A DNA stretch of 64,000 nucleotides from Octopus sinensis (Eukaryota), in assembly GCF_006345805.1 (NCBI RefSeq), contig NC_042997.1:121272001-121336000 (forward strand), read 5' to 3'. The notes beneath the pieces are model-generated. The model was not told the origin of the DNA and searched no databases. It was given only the letters and a program-made list of their open reading frames with translations. The position numbers and the translations under genes are program-made. How positions within the stretch are numbered: position 1 is the first letter of the stretch; every line of letters begins with the position of its first letter. Shown one piece after another: positions 26,932 through 39,889 of this stretch.

Positions 26932-27178
26932 CTAGCAGTATCGCCGGGTGTTGCTCGGGTTTGTTTCGACCTTTTAAAATTGGAATTTTCGAAAAATAAA
27001 AAATTTGCATTATGTAGTTTGTTATTCTCCTTAAGTGGACATTTTTCTGGTTGAAATACACCGAAAAATAGCGACACAGCAGTAAAAAAAAGCACAGGGT
27101 CTCGGAAGAGATAGTGTTAGTTGAAGACTACCAAATCTGCCACACACAAACAACTTCAGTTTTATATATATATATAGA
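26932..27178 (-). mobile_element. Non-autonomous Helitron, 247 bp
   Basis: The minus strand starts TC(tatatata) and ends ..cccgagcaacacccggcgatactgCTAG, inserted between A and T with no TSD. The empty site agtta|tttgag is present in the duplicate at 28110|28111. Confidence 0.85.
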
Positions 27179-27801
27179 TTTGAGATGTAGTGAACGCGAT
27201 AAAACGCACTTCGTTAATCTCGAGCAAAAACACGAGTTGCATAGAACATCCTGATCAAGTGATAATTGACCAAAAGCATTTATTAATGTTTTCATCAAAT
27301 ACAGTTCGTCCCATTTGGACGTTAAACAGCAAATTCTCATAACAGGTACTATAAACCCCTTTTAGAAAACAACAAACGTTGATTAAAATACGATAAAGAA
27401 ATCTGTAAATAAAAGGTATGGGACAGGTGATCGAGTACTACAGCTGCTACAAAGCACATGCGACGCAGTTTACATTGATTCACTGAGATAAACCTTGCAG
27501 ACAGCTTTCTGTAAGATCTATGAAGATTTAAAGTCTCAAATCGACAGGCAAGACAAAGCAATTCCAGTAAATGTAAATTAATTGAATTTTCGGAACGAGA
27601 CAGAAGTACCAAAAATGTATTGGACTAAAGAAGCCTCTTCGGCAATATATAATCTGCTATTTTGTTAAGATTAGGAGAATCAATATCGATAAACAGAGGG
27701 AATGTAGTGTCATTTATATGTATGTAAAAATATGTTGCTGGGATAATAACCCAAGAGTACGCAGTGCATACCAATTGAAATGTTCATCTCACAATAATAT
27801 T

Positions 27802-28093
27802 GTGGAGGCACATGGCCTATTGGTTAGAGCAGCGGACTCGCGGGTTCAAAACTCAGACCGGGGGATGTGTGTGTTTATGAACGAAACACCTAAGCTCCAC
27901 GCGGCTCCTGCAGAAGGTAATGCCGAACATCTGCTGACTCTTTCGCCACAACTTTCTCTCACTCTTTCCTCCTGCATCTTGCAGCTCACCTGCGACGGAC
28001 CGGTGTCCCGTCCAGGTGCAGAACCTATACGCCAAGGTAACCAGGAAACCGGCCCTTATGAGTCAGGCATGGCTCGAAAAGGAACAAACAATA
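27802..28093 (+). mobile_element. SINE family C, tail type 3, with 12-bp TSD
   Basis: TSD cacaataatatt at 27790-27801 and 28094-28105; head gtggaggcacatggcctattggttagagcagcgg. Confidence 0.9.
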
Positions 28094-28367
28094 CACAATA
28101 ATATTAGTTATTTGAGATGTAGGGAACGCGATAAAACGCAGTCCGTTAATCTCTAGCAGACACACGGGTTGCATAGAAAACACTGATCACATGATAATTG
28201 ATCAAAAACATTCATTAACCTTTTCCTCAAAAGGCTTGGACATTAAACAAAGAATTCTTATAACAGGCAGTATAAACCTCTTTTGGAAAACAACAATCGT
28301 TGCTTAAAATGCGATAAACAAATCCATAAATAAAACGGATGGAACAGGTAATCGAGTGCTACAGCTG

Positions 28368-28586
28368 GCCGTTCAATAATTTGGACCTGGAGATCTCCAT
28401 TTCCAGTGACTTCGAAGGCCACCTCCCAGTGGTGTGGTGTCGGGCGTCAACGAAGAGCCCTCGACTACAAAACGACCAAAGTTTTTCTTTTTTTTCCGAG
28501 GTCTGGGGTCTCCCGCCCCTAAGCCCTAGACAATCACCTAATCACCCTTACCCGCCTTGCTGCTTAACAACAACAACAACACAACA
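28368..28586 (+). mobile_element. Family E (AAC)n-tailed retroposon with 13-bp TSD
   Basis: TSD agtgctacagctg at 28355-28367 and 28587-28599; the empty site gagtactacagctgctacaaag is in duplicate copy 2 (~27433-27454). Confidence 0.9.
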
Positions 28587-29135
28587 AGTGCTACAGCTGC
28601 TACAAAGAACATGCGACGCAGTTTACATTGATTCAGTAAGATTAACCTTGCAGACAGCTTTCTGTAAAATCTATGAAGATTTAAAGTCTCAAATCGACAG
28701 GCAAGAGAAAACAATTCCAGGAAATGTAAGTTAATTGAAATTTCGGAACGAGATAGAAGTAACAAAAATGTATCGGACCTAAGAGACCTCTTCGGCAAGA
28801 TTGCGAGAGTCTTGTAGCCCTTCGAAATAATTTTACACCAGGTACCTGCGACTGTTCAGTCGAAAACAATCCGCTTTAATGGAGACTGCAAATGAAGGAT
28901 TCATGTCAAAAATGTCTATAGTAGTTGATATTGTAGAGATTCTATATAATGCTACTTTTTTGGCAATCTTCTGAAGAGGGAACGAGGCTAACTGGATTGG
29001 GTTATCAGAAGTTATGCCAGTTTTTTATGGTTATTACTTCTGTAGGCGCTTTCCTAACATGGATTTTGGAAGTCTAATCATGATTTATAAGTTTTCAAAT
29101 ACACACACACACACACACACAACACACACACACAC

Positions 29136-29192
<57 letters not shown>

Positions 29193-30299
29193 GCACGCAT
29201 ACCCGGACACACGCACACTCACATACACGGATAAACACACACACACACACATATATAATACACAGATATGACAGAAATAATTAGACAACCTTATAATCAT
29301 TATAATTTATTCAAATCTGAAATTTATTTAAATCTGATATCCGTTTCAACATCCTGATCATCCACACACTTGCCGGGGGAACTGAATATAATTCACTGCG
29401 CGGGTATAATAAAGCTGAAACATACACTGTGCATACACCATTTCACTTAAGAAAGCTTTATCTCCATCTCTCACCGTCTTTCTCTTTCTCTCCTCGTCTC
29501 TCTTCCTCTCTCGTGTGCATTTTCTAAATTTTGCATAACTTCATTTTATAAACTTCAGTTTATTTGTTGTAGTTGCTTCCCCACCCCTTCTTGCTTTTGT
29601 ATTGTAAACATTCCTAGAGGGAGACGCTTGTTCTAATTGCTTAAATAATTTCAGTAGTCGAACTTTTTCAACTCGCAGCATTGATTATGTGGGCCTCTAC
29701 CCCTGAGGTAACTTTTCCTTTTATAACATGATGGTTATATCAGACGAAATCAATCATTGTTTGTGAAGCATTTGTAATTTATACTTCGTAGCAAATATTA
29801 AAAGAAAAAAATTGGTTGCTGTTAATTCAACGTGTCCCTTGCAGTGAACTAAATGAGAACTTTAGTAATTCAAAATCTAATAAATCAAAACACGATTTCC
29901 ACACCAAGGAGTATTTGTAGTTTGATTTGGAGAAATGGTTCCTCCCAAGCGAGCTACTTTGTTTACATCGTTTCCAAAAACAAAAACAAAAAAACTGTTC
30001 ACATACAGACTTTTGTAGTCAAATGTAATTTAGTGGCTCTACCGCATTTCTGATGTTTATGATGGGAATTTAACGTCATAGATTTGACACAGATTTCTTC
30101 ACGGAAGCAATTAAAAGCAACATAGTTTCGATTCCATTTTACAGAAAAATTCTTCCTAGCTCCCAATATTTCTGCTATTTCTTTCAGTTTCTGCCACTTA
30201 CTTTAGGGGTTTCTGTGTCAATATCAAATTTCACCTTCATTGTATCTTTCAGTGAAATGTATTTATATTACGCGAAATACATTCGCACACCACTACGTT

Positions 30300-30480
30300 T
30301 CCTCCTCCCTTCTTCCTGACTGTGTTCATTACCAACGAACTGCATTTCCGACCGGCAGATGACACCCAATGTTCTCGGTCGTCTGTTTTTCCTCTATAAT
30401 TCTTTCGCTTCCATCTTTCGTCTGATGAAAGTCCGAAACGCCATGTCTCTTTCTCTTTGTTTTAAACGTTAAACTAATGG
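30300..30480 (+). mobile_element. Penelope-type pLTR remnant with truncated hammerhead core
   Basis: CTGATGA-aagtcc-GAAAC at 30422-30439 (stem II deleted); aacgttaaactaat tail resembles the 661-838 element. Confidence 0.4.
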
Positions 30481-30559
30481 AAAATCTTTTTACAATTTAT
30501 CCTTCCCCGTCCTTCATTGTCTACTACTTGAGGCCATTTCTTAATACACACACACACAT

Positions 30560-30670
<111 letters not shown>

Positions 30671-31324
30671 CAAATATAAAAAAAGAGGTAATATGGGAGG
30701 AGAGAAAGACAAGACAGAAACAAGGACAGAAAATAAAAAAGAAAATATAGAGAAACATACATACATACATACATACATACATACATACATACATACATAC
30801 ATACATACAAACATACATATATACCTGTAATTATTTGGGCCTTGGGATATGTAACACACCGCTAAATACCAATCTTGTGAAATTAAGCTTCTAAAAAAAC
30901 AGAAAGGAGAAAGCTAATTTAAACACTACAGATCCAATCCATCACTGGGACTGTTAACATCAGTAAAACTTTCCAGAAGTTTCTCATTTCAATATATATC
31001 AGAATGTCTAGATATATATGAGCATGAACACGCTTTATTATTTGCAATTTTTAAACTTTACAATATTGAAATGAAATAGTACTTTCGTGTGTTGTGCGAT
31101 CATCGTGTTTATGAAGTGACAGTCATGTTCCAAAATTGACTGCTGTTATTCTGGAACATGGCTGACATGATTTGGTTCTCCTCTGATGAGAAAATCATTA
31201 CCCGACACCAAATGTCTAACAGAAGAAATGATACAAAGGAACTTGCAAATCATAGTGTTGTCCACAGAGTGTGCCACAGTAGGTTTGTTGTATCAGTAAT
31301 AGTTTGAGCAGTGGTAAGTATTTA

Positions 31325-31540
31325 TCTATATGGGTATATGCATGTATGTACACATATACATTCATACATACATACACACATACATACATACATACATACA
31401 TACATACGTACATACGTACATACATACGTACATACATACATACATACATACATGCATACATACATACATACATACATACATACATACATACATACATACA
31501 TACATACATACATGCATACATACATATATACATACATACA
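31325..31540. repeat. (CATA)n tetranucleotide microsatellite
   Basis: Direct reading. Confidence 0.95.
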
Positions 31541-31545
31541 TGTGA

Positions 31546-31777
31546 AGGCGGCGAGATGGCAGAATCGTTAGCACGCAGGGCGAAATTCTTAGCGGTATTT
31601 CATCTGCTGTTACGTTCTGAATTCAAATTCCGCTGACGTCTACTTTACCTTTCATCCTTTCGGGGTCGATTAAATAAGTACCAGTCACGCACTGGCGTCG
31701 ATGTAATCGACTTAATCCCTTTGTCCTTGTTTGCCCCCTCTGTGTTTAGCCCCTTGTGGGCAATAAAGAAATAAGAT
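31546..31777 (+). mobile_element. SINE family A monomer
   Basis: ggcggcgagatggcagaatcg .. gtgggcaataaagaaataag. Confidence 0.9.
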
Positions 31778-32279
31778 ACATACATACATGCATACGTACA
31801 TACATACATACACACATACATACATATACACATCCACACACAATAATATTTCTGCTTGTCATTATGTTACTTAGCGGTCGATAACGCTTTCACGTAATTG
31901 AGGAAAAAGAGGGAGAAAGAAAAGTGTAAGAGAAAAAGGAGATATAGAAGCATCCATGATGTGAGGAAGAGGGAAAGTAATTGTAACGCTTTCATGTGAT
32001 TCATTCAAGAGAAGAGAAGAGAAAGGAAAAGAGTGAGAAAAGAGGAGAAGAGGGAATGTAATATTTCTTAAGAAAATTAGTTGAAGGTTGTGATGGTATA
32101 AAGCAGGAAAGTTAACGATATAATCTTATCAGAGGGGTGATGTTCTGATGGTGAGGTTAAAGAAAGGGTGACGGAGGGGGAGGGAGAGATCAGAGAAAGA
32201 GATGGGGAGAAAAGTGTTATTGTTGGTGATGCTGGTGGTGATTGCATAGTGAAGATATATGTTTTATTTTATATCACCT

Positions 32280-32700
32280 ATCACATACCACATGCGCATA
32301 AGTGCAATTCCGTGAAATATTCACGCCAATTTACGTGGCAGATATATGCAATTTAACTAAAAGTCGTATCACATACACGGGATATCTTTTTTTTAATGGC
32401 ACAAATGGGAAAATAAGAGTGAATATTTATTTTATGTGCATAAAGTATATAAAGTATATATATAAAGTGCATTAAATAATCATCGTATTCCGATTTCTTT
32501 CACTTTTCAATAGGTTTACCATTAATTCTGTGAAATATTCACGGGTCCCGCTAATATGCATAAACGTTTGAAAATATAATAGGATGCAAATGCTCGCCTT
32601 AATAACGGTAGATGGATAATCGCATTTCTACATAACACGGAATGCGCAGGGCGGGTGGGGAGCCTTGCAACCAATACTAAACAGGGCACAATTACAATTA
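32280..32700. promoter_or_regulatory. Candidate cis-regulatory cluster (octamer, CCAAT, GC box, repeated near-palindrome)
   Basis: gtgaaatattcacg twice (32312-32325, 32530-32543), ATGCAAAT 32584-32591, gggcgggtgggg 32649-32660, CCAAT 32326 and 32671, tgcgca twice. Motif content only. Confidence 0.3.
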
Positions 32701-33396
32701 ATATACATCTATGATTAGAATATTTAGAAGTTTTCCAGCTACTTGAAATCCTCCTGCATTATACTGATAATAGATGCCTATTAAAAGTGTAGTCTACCCT
32801 AACAAAAGTGATAGTATACATAGAAAACTCTTTAAATAATTGGTTACACCAACAAAATGTGTCGGGACAATTCCTCAAAAATATCAAAGGAATAATTTTG
32901 AAGATATTTGTTGATAAAAGTGTAAAGAACAAAGTAAATTCCGACTAAGGGAAATGCTAGATCCGCAACACTGTCTAACAATAGATAATCTATGTCTTAT
33001 AGAGGGACGTTATAGGGGAATCTATGTCTTATAGAGGAACGTTATATAATTTTCCACGTTGCTTTAATTCTCAACGAACGCAGGTAACATATTTCTGCAT
33101 AAATTGGACATTATGAATTTCGAAATAAACCTTCCAAATGCATGAAGAACACAAATTCAATTAGATAAACCGTTGCCAACCTTCTATCCACTTTGCCCTT
33201 CTATCTCGGAACACATCGAAAACTAATTACTTATTAATAATTTATTTCTCATTAATCTGCTAAGGCGAACATTCCAGTAAAATGTCGACTCAGTAAAAGC
33301 TTGTTTCGCATAATCCGCTTTAGCTTCTAAGTGCCATATTGCATATTATTTGTACGCTCACACACATTGACACACGTAAGTATAAGTATATGTAAA

Positions 33397-33427
<31 letters not shown>

Positions 33428-33439
33428 GTGTGTGTGTGT

Positions 33440-33860
33440 ACTCTCTTTACTCTTTTTCTCTTTTACTTGTTTCAGTCATTTGAGTGCGGCCATGCTGGAG
33501 CACCGCCTTTGGTCGAAGGAATCGACCCCAGGACTTATTCTTTGTAAGCCTAGTACTTATTCTATCGGTCTCTTTTGTCGAACCGCTAGGTTACGGAGAC
33601 GTAAACACACCGGCATCGGTTGTCAAGCGATGTTGGGAGGGGGACAAACACAGACACACAAACATATACATAAACATACATATACACATATACATATATA
33701 CGACGGGCTTCTTTCAGCTTCCGTCTACCAAATCCACTCACAAGGCTTTGGTCGGCCCGAGGCTACAGTAGAAGACACTTGCCCAAGGTGCCATGCAGTG
33801 GGCTTGAACCGGCAACCATGTAGTTGATAAACAAGCTACTTACCACACAGCCACTCCTAC
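33440..33860 (-). mobile_element. SINE family B, full length
   Basis: All family B blocks present. Confidence 0.9.
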
Positions 33861-33869
33861 ATATATATA

Positions 33870-33964
<95 letters not shown>

Positions 33965-33976
33965 ATATATATTATA

Positions 33977-34018
<42 letters not shown>

Positions 34019-34070
34019 ATATATTTATTTGTTATATATATTTGTATTATATGTATATATATATATATGC
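33860..34070. repeat. (TA)n microsatellite
   Basis: Direct reading. Confidence 0.95.
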
Positions 34071-35325
34071 ATATAAATTTCTTTGTGCATCTACGTTTAC
34101 CTGCCTTAGAGTGCTTGTGTGCATTTTACATTACTGGTGGGTGGTGGTATAAATATACGTACAAGCATATGTGTATTGCTGTACCCATTTATCTTAAGTC
34201 CTTACATACACGGACACACATATATAGATAATTATATACTTCGATATGTGCGAATGTATATATGTGTGTGTATATATGTGTGTGTGTGTATGCATTATTC
34301 CACAAGCCGATTTCATTTACGAACCAATTGATGTCACAACGCAATGCATAATCAATCTACTTGAAGCCGCTTTTAAAATGAAATTCTTGTTTGGCAGTTT
34401 CCAAAGCAGGAGTTGCATCAGCTCCCAGGATTAGCGGCAGCGCTAAAAACAGTTTAACTTCGTCAGCTGTGATTGAAATGTTCTTTGAAAATCACATTTA
34501 GATTTCACATGAGTCTCTTATATCTTAATTGAAGACATTGATTGCTGATTCCACTTGTTAAGATAAAACTAGCAATGATAATACGAATAACTATAATACC
34601 TCATATTATAACAAACGTATGAACCAATGCTCAATATGACAGAAAGTGCAGCTAATCTCAAATTATCTTATGTCCTAATTTAAAATAACTTGAATAAACG
34701 TATACATATACATATATTTGTTAAATCGTCAATCCCAACTCCATTTTTTATCTCTCTCCATTTTTTCCACTTATCCCTGTCTATCGAACACCGGAGGTGC
34801 GAAAAGTCGAAGATCTTCAAATTAATACACCTGCTTGTTTTTCCCTCCCCTGTATTTGTCCATTCTTTCTTGTACATTTCAACCATATATACATACATGC
34901 ACACACACACTCATATATATTTATATCATCCTTTCTTTTCCCCTCCACTTCGCCGTTCTCTATCTGTACCTCTCTCTCTATCTCTCAATATTCCGCCTTT
35001 GCTCTTTCGTTGCACGTACTTGACCGTCGGCCATCTTCCTTTTTCTAACTTGAATTTCATTCTTTCTCTCTTGTCAGCCATAGGGATTGGACATATTCTT
35101 ACCGGTCTCCTGTCAGAGTTTGACTAGGCTTAGCAGCCCTTCCTGTTTGTTTTCACTGTCTTGCTTTTGTTACCAAATTTGACCCTCTGCAAAATCAAAA
35201 ATTTTATTTAATTTGCTTTGCAGGAGCAACTGTTATGTCCAAAACGTATCTTGTTGTGAAATGTTTGAAGTACGAAGTATAAAAAGAGCTGTGGTGTTGC
35301 TCCTGTTGTTAATGATGAGGGATCC

Positions 35326-35720
35326 GGAGAGTTGGCAGAATCGTGAGCACGCTGGGCAAAATGCTTAGCGGTATTTCGTCCCTCTTTATGTTCTGAGTAA
35401 ATTCCGGTGTGGTCCACTTTGCCTTTCTTCCTTTCAGGATGAATAAAATAGGTACCAGTTGGACACTGGGGTTGATGTAATCAGCTTACGCCGCCCTCTA
35501 AATTACTAGCCTTGTACCAAAATATCAAATCATTATATTTAATGTAGATGTCTGCCAGAATCATGTCCACACCAGATAAAATGCTTAGTAGTTTCCCTTC
35601 AAGCTGTGGGTTCTGATTTCAAATTCCACCGCAGTCGACTTTGCCTTTCGACTTTACGGGGTTGATAAGACAAGTACTAGAAGATCAGTGGAGCCATTTT
35701 TATTGATTTACCCCACCCAT
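35326..35720 (+). mobile_element. Two degenerate family A-type SINEs
   Basis: ggagagttggcagaatcgtgagcacgctgggcaaaatgcttagcgg head; second core gcagtcgactttgcctttcg at ~35630. Confidence 0.75.
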
Positions 35721-36369
35721 AAAATAGTTGGGTTTGTGAATATATAATTATTATTAGTCTTATTAAAGGATTTCTGAAGTTATTAGTGGAATTTCAAAAT
35801 GCAGTTAGTGTACATGAAACACTATCATTCCCAAGAGTCCATTTTCAAAATCCTTTATAAAAGCTGGGAACCCCAAAACGGAGCAATCAGTGATGACAGC
35901 AAGAATTATATGTTGATGGGCATTGGTTTGAAGATTAAATTCAAATATTAAATTTCAAAATTATCTCGTAATTGTAATTTATTTGAAAGTTATCACGTTT
36001 ATCTCATATTTTCCTTTTATCTGAATAATTACACAGACCAACAAATCAAAATCTTTCTCTGCTTTCATAAAATTCTCGAAAGATATGGACCTGAACAAGA
36101 GGGTTTTCATACACAGAAACTAAAAATGATATCCATTTACAACTCTCACGTCGATGTTTTAAGAGGCGGGAACCAAAGATTTAATTAATTTTTTTCTCTC
36201 ATTAAAACAGAGCTTATGAGAAACAAGGCGTAGCATATAAGCATACGTAGGAATTGGTTTTCTTCAAAACCAGCATGTTTTCTAAAAGTTCTACTGAAAA
36301 CCTGGAAAATTTTTTAATTTCTACAAACAACTTACTCTGTTGTTTATGGCTAATTTCCCATGAATTTGC

Positions 36370-36965
36370 ACTTGGATGACTTTTCATCCCTTTCCTGGTT
36401 TTCTCAGGAAGTTTTCGAGCAAAGTTCGAGCAATACTCCGCCATTGGATCCAAGTTCCAATTGCCTTGATACAATTGTTCAATTATTTTGATTTTGTATT
36501 TTGACGGGTATATTCTCACTGCTCGGCATTTGTGTCCATAAGATTTTCAAATAATTTATCAAAGTACCATTGGAGAAAATGTAGCTTTATGCCCATATTT
36601 GCTCCAACATTTTGAAAGTTCTCATGCATGCTGTCGACTATTTCGGCAAAGTCGCTCGCTTTCTTGTTGCCTAGAAAGTCATTTACAACTATCACGAATT
36701 AATTCTGCTGCTTCAATGAAATTAATTGAATTTATAAAGCTCCCATCGTTCATTGATTTCTGTTTTAAGTGCCATCAAATATTCCAGCTTTTATCTTTTC
36801 CCTACTCACACCAGGAAATGTGCCGCATATAAAGTGAATGGACGGTCAACCTTTAATCAGATCTTTAACAAATGCTTCATAATGGCAAGATTCATATGAA
36901 GTGGAGATAGAGTGATTTTCCCCGGTTGAACTAAAGGCTCTTCAACCTTATTAAGAGACTCTGGA
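36370..36965 (-). mobile_element. Degenerate C-terminal fragment of an animal DNA-transposon ORF
   Basis: Manual minus-strand translation: EPLVQP..ITLSPLHMNLAIMK..FPGVSREKIKAGIFDG..VVNDFLGNKKASDFAEIVDSMHENFQNVGANMGIKLHFL..IIEQLYQGNWNLDPMAEYC. This follows the motif order PLH.KLG.MK / K.GIF.G / FLGN / MS.K.HFL / RYQG.W..MMADYCW that I recognise from a widespread TE-derived protein family; superfamily not assigned. Confidence 0.75.
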
Positions 36966-37399
36966 GATAATGTTTGCTGAGGCTATTCTTTGATCTCCCG
37001 ATATTTTTCCCTGATTTATTTTTTAAAAATTATAAATAAATCGTAATTCTAACTCGACCTCATTTTCACATGTAAACCAATGCAAATAGTGAAATTGTGA
37101 AAATTATGGGCGGTGAGGAATCTTGAAATCTAGACGATATAATAAGGCATATTCCATTTTTGTATACAGCATATTTAAAAGCATGTTAGGAACAGGTAAA
37201 AACAACGAAATGCCAATTGGATTGTACTATTTCTAGGATTAAGAAATTCAGGTGAGAAACTGAGCGACTGTTCAGACCCTGCATTCACTGCTTGTTTTAC
37301 GAACATACGGGCTTGCAGTTAGTTTTATTTGTTGATTTCTATATTTTTACTGATGACACTATGTATTTTCGAGCTTTTGCTGGCGATACATATATGCAA

Positions 37400-37499
37400 N
37401 NNNNNNNNNNNNNNNNNNNNNNNNNNNNNNNNNNNNNNNNNNNNNNNNNNNNNNNNNNNNNNNNNNNNNNNNNNNNNNNNNNNNNNNNNNNNNNNNNNN
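37400..37499. other. Assembly gap (100 N)
   Basis: Run of exactly 100 N. Confidence 1.
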
Positions 37500-37976
37500 T
37501 CTCTTATCTATTTGTAATATTTTCCAAACAGTAAGGGCGGAGTTATAATGAACCACACATCAATACTGAGGCAATGAATCATCATTAGCTATTCCTTATT
37601 ACAATACCTATTTTTTCCCCTTAGATGTAAATAAGTAATTTTATTTAGTTCTATTCTGCACGTGTATGAAAATACAAATGTATAGACATATACATACCTA
37701 TAATACAGATTTGCATACATATGTAAATATATATAATGCATGTATATATCGTAGGTACCTACATATGCAAACATGCGTGTATATACACGCAATTGTACAT
37801 AAATATATATGTTCGCGCGCATGTGTGTGTATGCACCTTTGTATCTACGTATACATGTATGCATATACATATATATGTATGCATGTATAGTACATGCATA
37901 TATATATATATATATATATATATACATGCATACATACAACATATATATATATTTATGTATATATGTATGTATTATG

Positions 37977-38079
<103 letters not shown>

Positions 38080-38615
38080 GGTTTTGTGAAATATTCTAAA
38101 GAATATTCCATATTTTGATATATGCTTGTTTTCGGAAAAGAGTGATGCATTAGCAAGGTGTAAAAATGTATTGTTATATGCGCCAAATAAATGTGATAAA
38201 TGATTTACTAAAGACGTAATATCTTAATATTTAACGCCCAGCATTCAGGAACATATATGATATTTAAAACTGAAACAGAAGTTTTGCATTATACGTATCT
38301 CTTCGAAAATCTCTGTGCAAAATCTGGAAATAAGAACTTTTCTTGCAGTCATTAAATAATGTACAGAGACGGACGAGAGCCATGGCTGGGCCACCACCGT
38401 CAAGGGTTTCGTCGAAGAAATCCATCAAAACCCCGTTAGAACTTACTAACTAGAGGCACAGTAGAAAACTGGTTCTCTAGACATGGTGTAAGGAAGAGAA
38501 ACACAATGACCCTCACCTGCCTATACACACACACACACAAACACAAACACACACACATACGCACACACATACACACACACAAAAACAAACAAACACACGC
38601 ATAGACATATTGATA

Positions 38616-39882
38616 CGAGGGGCGTTCAATAAGTAATGCCCCTGACCCACTTCCCATAGCAGTAGAGCAACGAAACTTGGAACAGTTATTAGTCTTTTTC
38701 TACATAGGAAGCACCCAGAGTTACGCATTTCTCCCATCGTTTGATGCAGCTCTGAAGACCGTTTTTGTAGAAGACCTCAGCTTGGTCCTCCAACCACGAC
38801 GTGACTTCAGAAATCAAGGCTGCATCATCTGGGAAACGCTTTCCTTTCAAAAACAACTTCATGGCTGGGAAGAGGTGAAAATAAGAGGGTGCAAGGTCAG
38901 GAGATGGGGGATGAGTTCATAGCCGCACGCCTGTGCTTCTGATCTGGCGACACGCGAGTTGTGGATCGGAGCGTTGTCCTGCAGGAGGAAGATGCCTTTG
39001 CTGATCTTGCCCCGCCTCTTGATTTTGATAACTTCTCTTAATTTCCTCAAAAGTGAAGCATAATAGACTCCTGTAATTGTGGCTCCCTTTGCCAAGAAAT
39101 CTGTCATCGCTACTTCGTCCTGGTCCCAGAAGACTGAGCATGACCTTGCCAGCGGAGGGCTGCACCCTTGCCTTCTTTGGAGGAGGTGAGTCACGGTGCT
39201 TCCACTGCATTGACTGGGCTTTGGTATCTGGATCATAGTGATGGACCCAGGTTTCATCCTGTGTAATCAGTCTTTTGAAAAATTTTGACTCATCTTCTTG
39301 GCACATCTTCAAATTCATCCTCGCGCAATTTACGCGTTCTTGCTTCTGGAAAGGTGTGAGCAACCTGGGAATCCATCTGGCAGACACCTTTTGCATATGC
39401 AAATGGTCATGAATGATAGTTTCCACAGACCCGGTACTAATCTTGACCTCATGGGCTATTTGGCGAATAGTTATGTGTCGATCTTCCAAAATGGCAGCCT
39501 CAACTTGACGGACAGATGCCTCATCAATGGCAGAAGGGGGCGACCAGATCTGGGAGCTGTTTCCACAAAGTTCCGACCTGTTTGAATTCACGATGCCAGC
39601 GTTTTACAAGGTCATATGATGGGGCATCATCACCATAAGTTACTTTTATTTCATCAAAAGTCTCCCGTGGTGTGCGTCCTTTCAAATACAAAAACCGCAT
39701 CACTGCTCGACACTCAACAGGCTCCGTTTCACACTTGACTCAGTTTAAACACCTGTAAATCAGAAACCACAATTAGTTCAGAGCTGTAATTTGCCATTTA
39801 ATCTATAGAGATAGAGGTAATTGCACATGCAAATCAAACAACTGCAAGTGAGTCAGGGGCATTACTTATTGAACGCCCCTCG
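38616..39882 (-). mobile_element. Full-length (1267 bp) inactivated mariner transposon
   Basis: Perfect 31-bp TIRs cgaggggcgttcaataagtaatgcccctgac (38616-38646; rc 39852-39882) flanked by TA on both sides. Confidence 0.97.
38689..39727 (-). pseudogene. Mariner DD34D-type transposase pseudogene
   Basis: Start ACG (ATG lost), HTH region, SARWIPRLL, ITQDETWVHHYDP, QDNAP, PH..SPDLAPSYF (third catalytic D changed to Y), CIKRWEKCV, stop TAA at 38689-38691; several frameshifts. Confidence 0.92.
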
Positions 39883-39889
39883 TAGGTAA

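Larger units (their letters stand above)
26560..28800 (+). mobile_element. Three tandem copies (~26560-26931, 27179-27801, 28111-28798) of a degenerate piggyBac-like transposase fragment
   Basis: Copies align at high identity (gattaaccttgcagacagctttctgtaa..aagtctcaaatcgacaggcaag in all three). Broken translation gives LITGT(I)N, MGQVIEYYSC and a C-terminal ..QCHSYVCKK, reminiscent of the piggyBac DDD domain and Cys-rich tail. The duplication is certain; the family call is inferred. Confidence 0.6.

Noticed and set aside
27802-27880. tRNA gene (also 3343, 18300-18365, 19420-19480, 60900-60963)
   Set aside because: These tRNA-like heads continue into shared SINE bodies and lack a complete cloverleaf.
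31219-31318. Exon-like segment ending GCAGTG|gtaagt
   Set aside because: All three frames contain stops.
37292-37556. ORFs spanning the N run
   Set aside because: Artefacts of the 100-N scaffold gap; contiguity across the gap is unverified.
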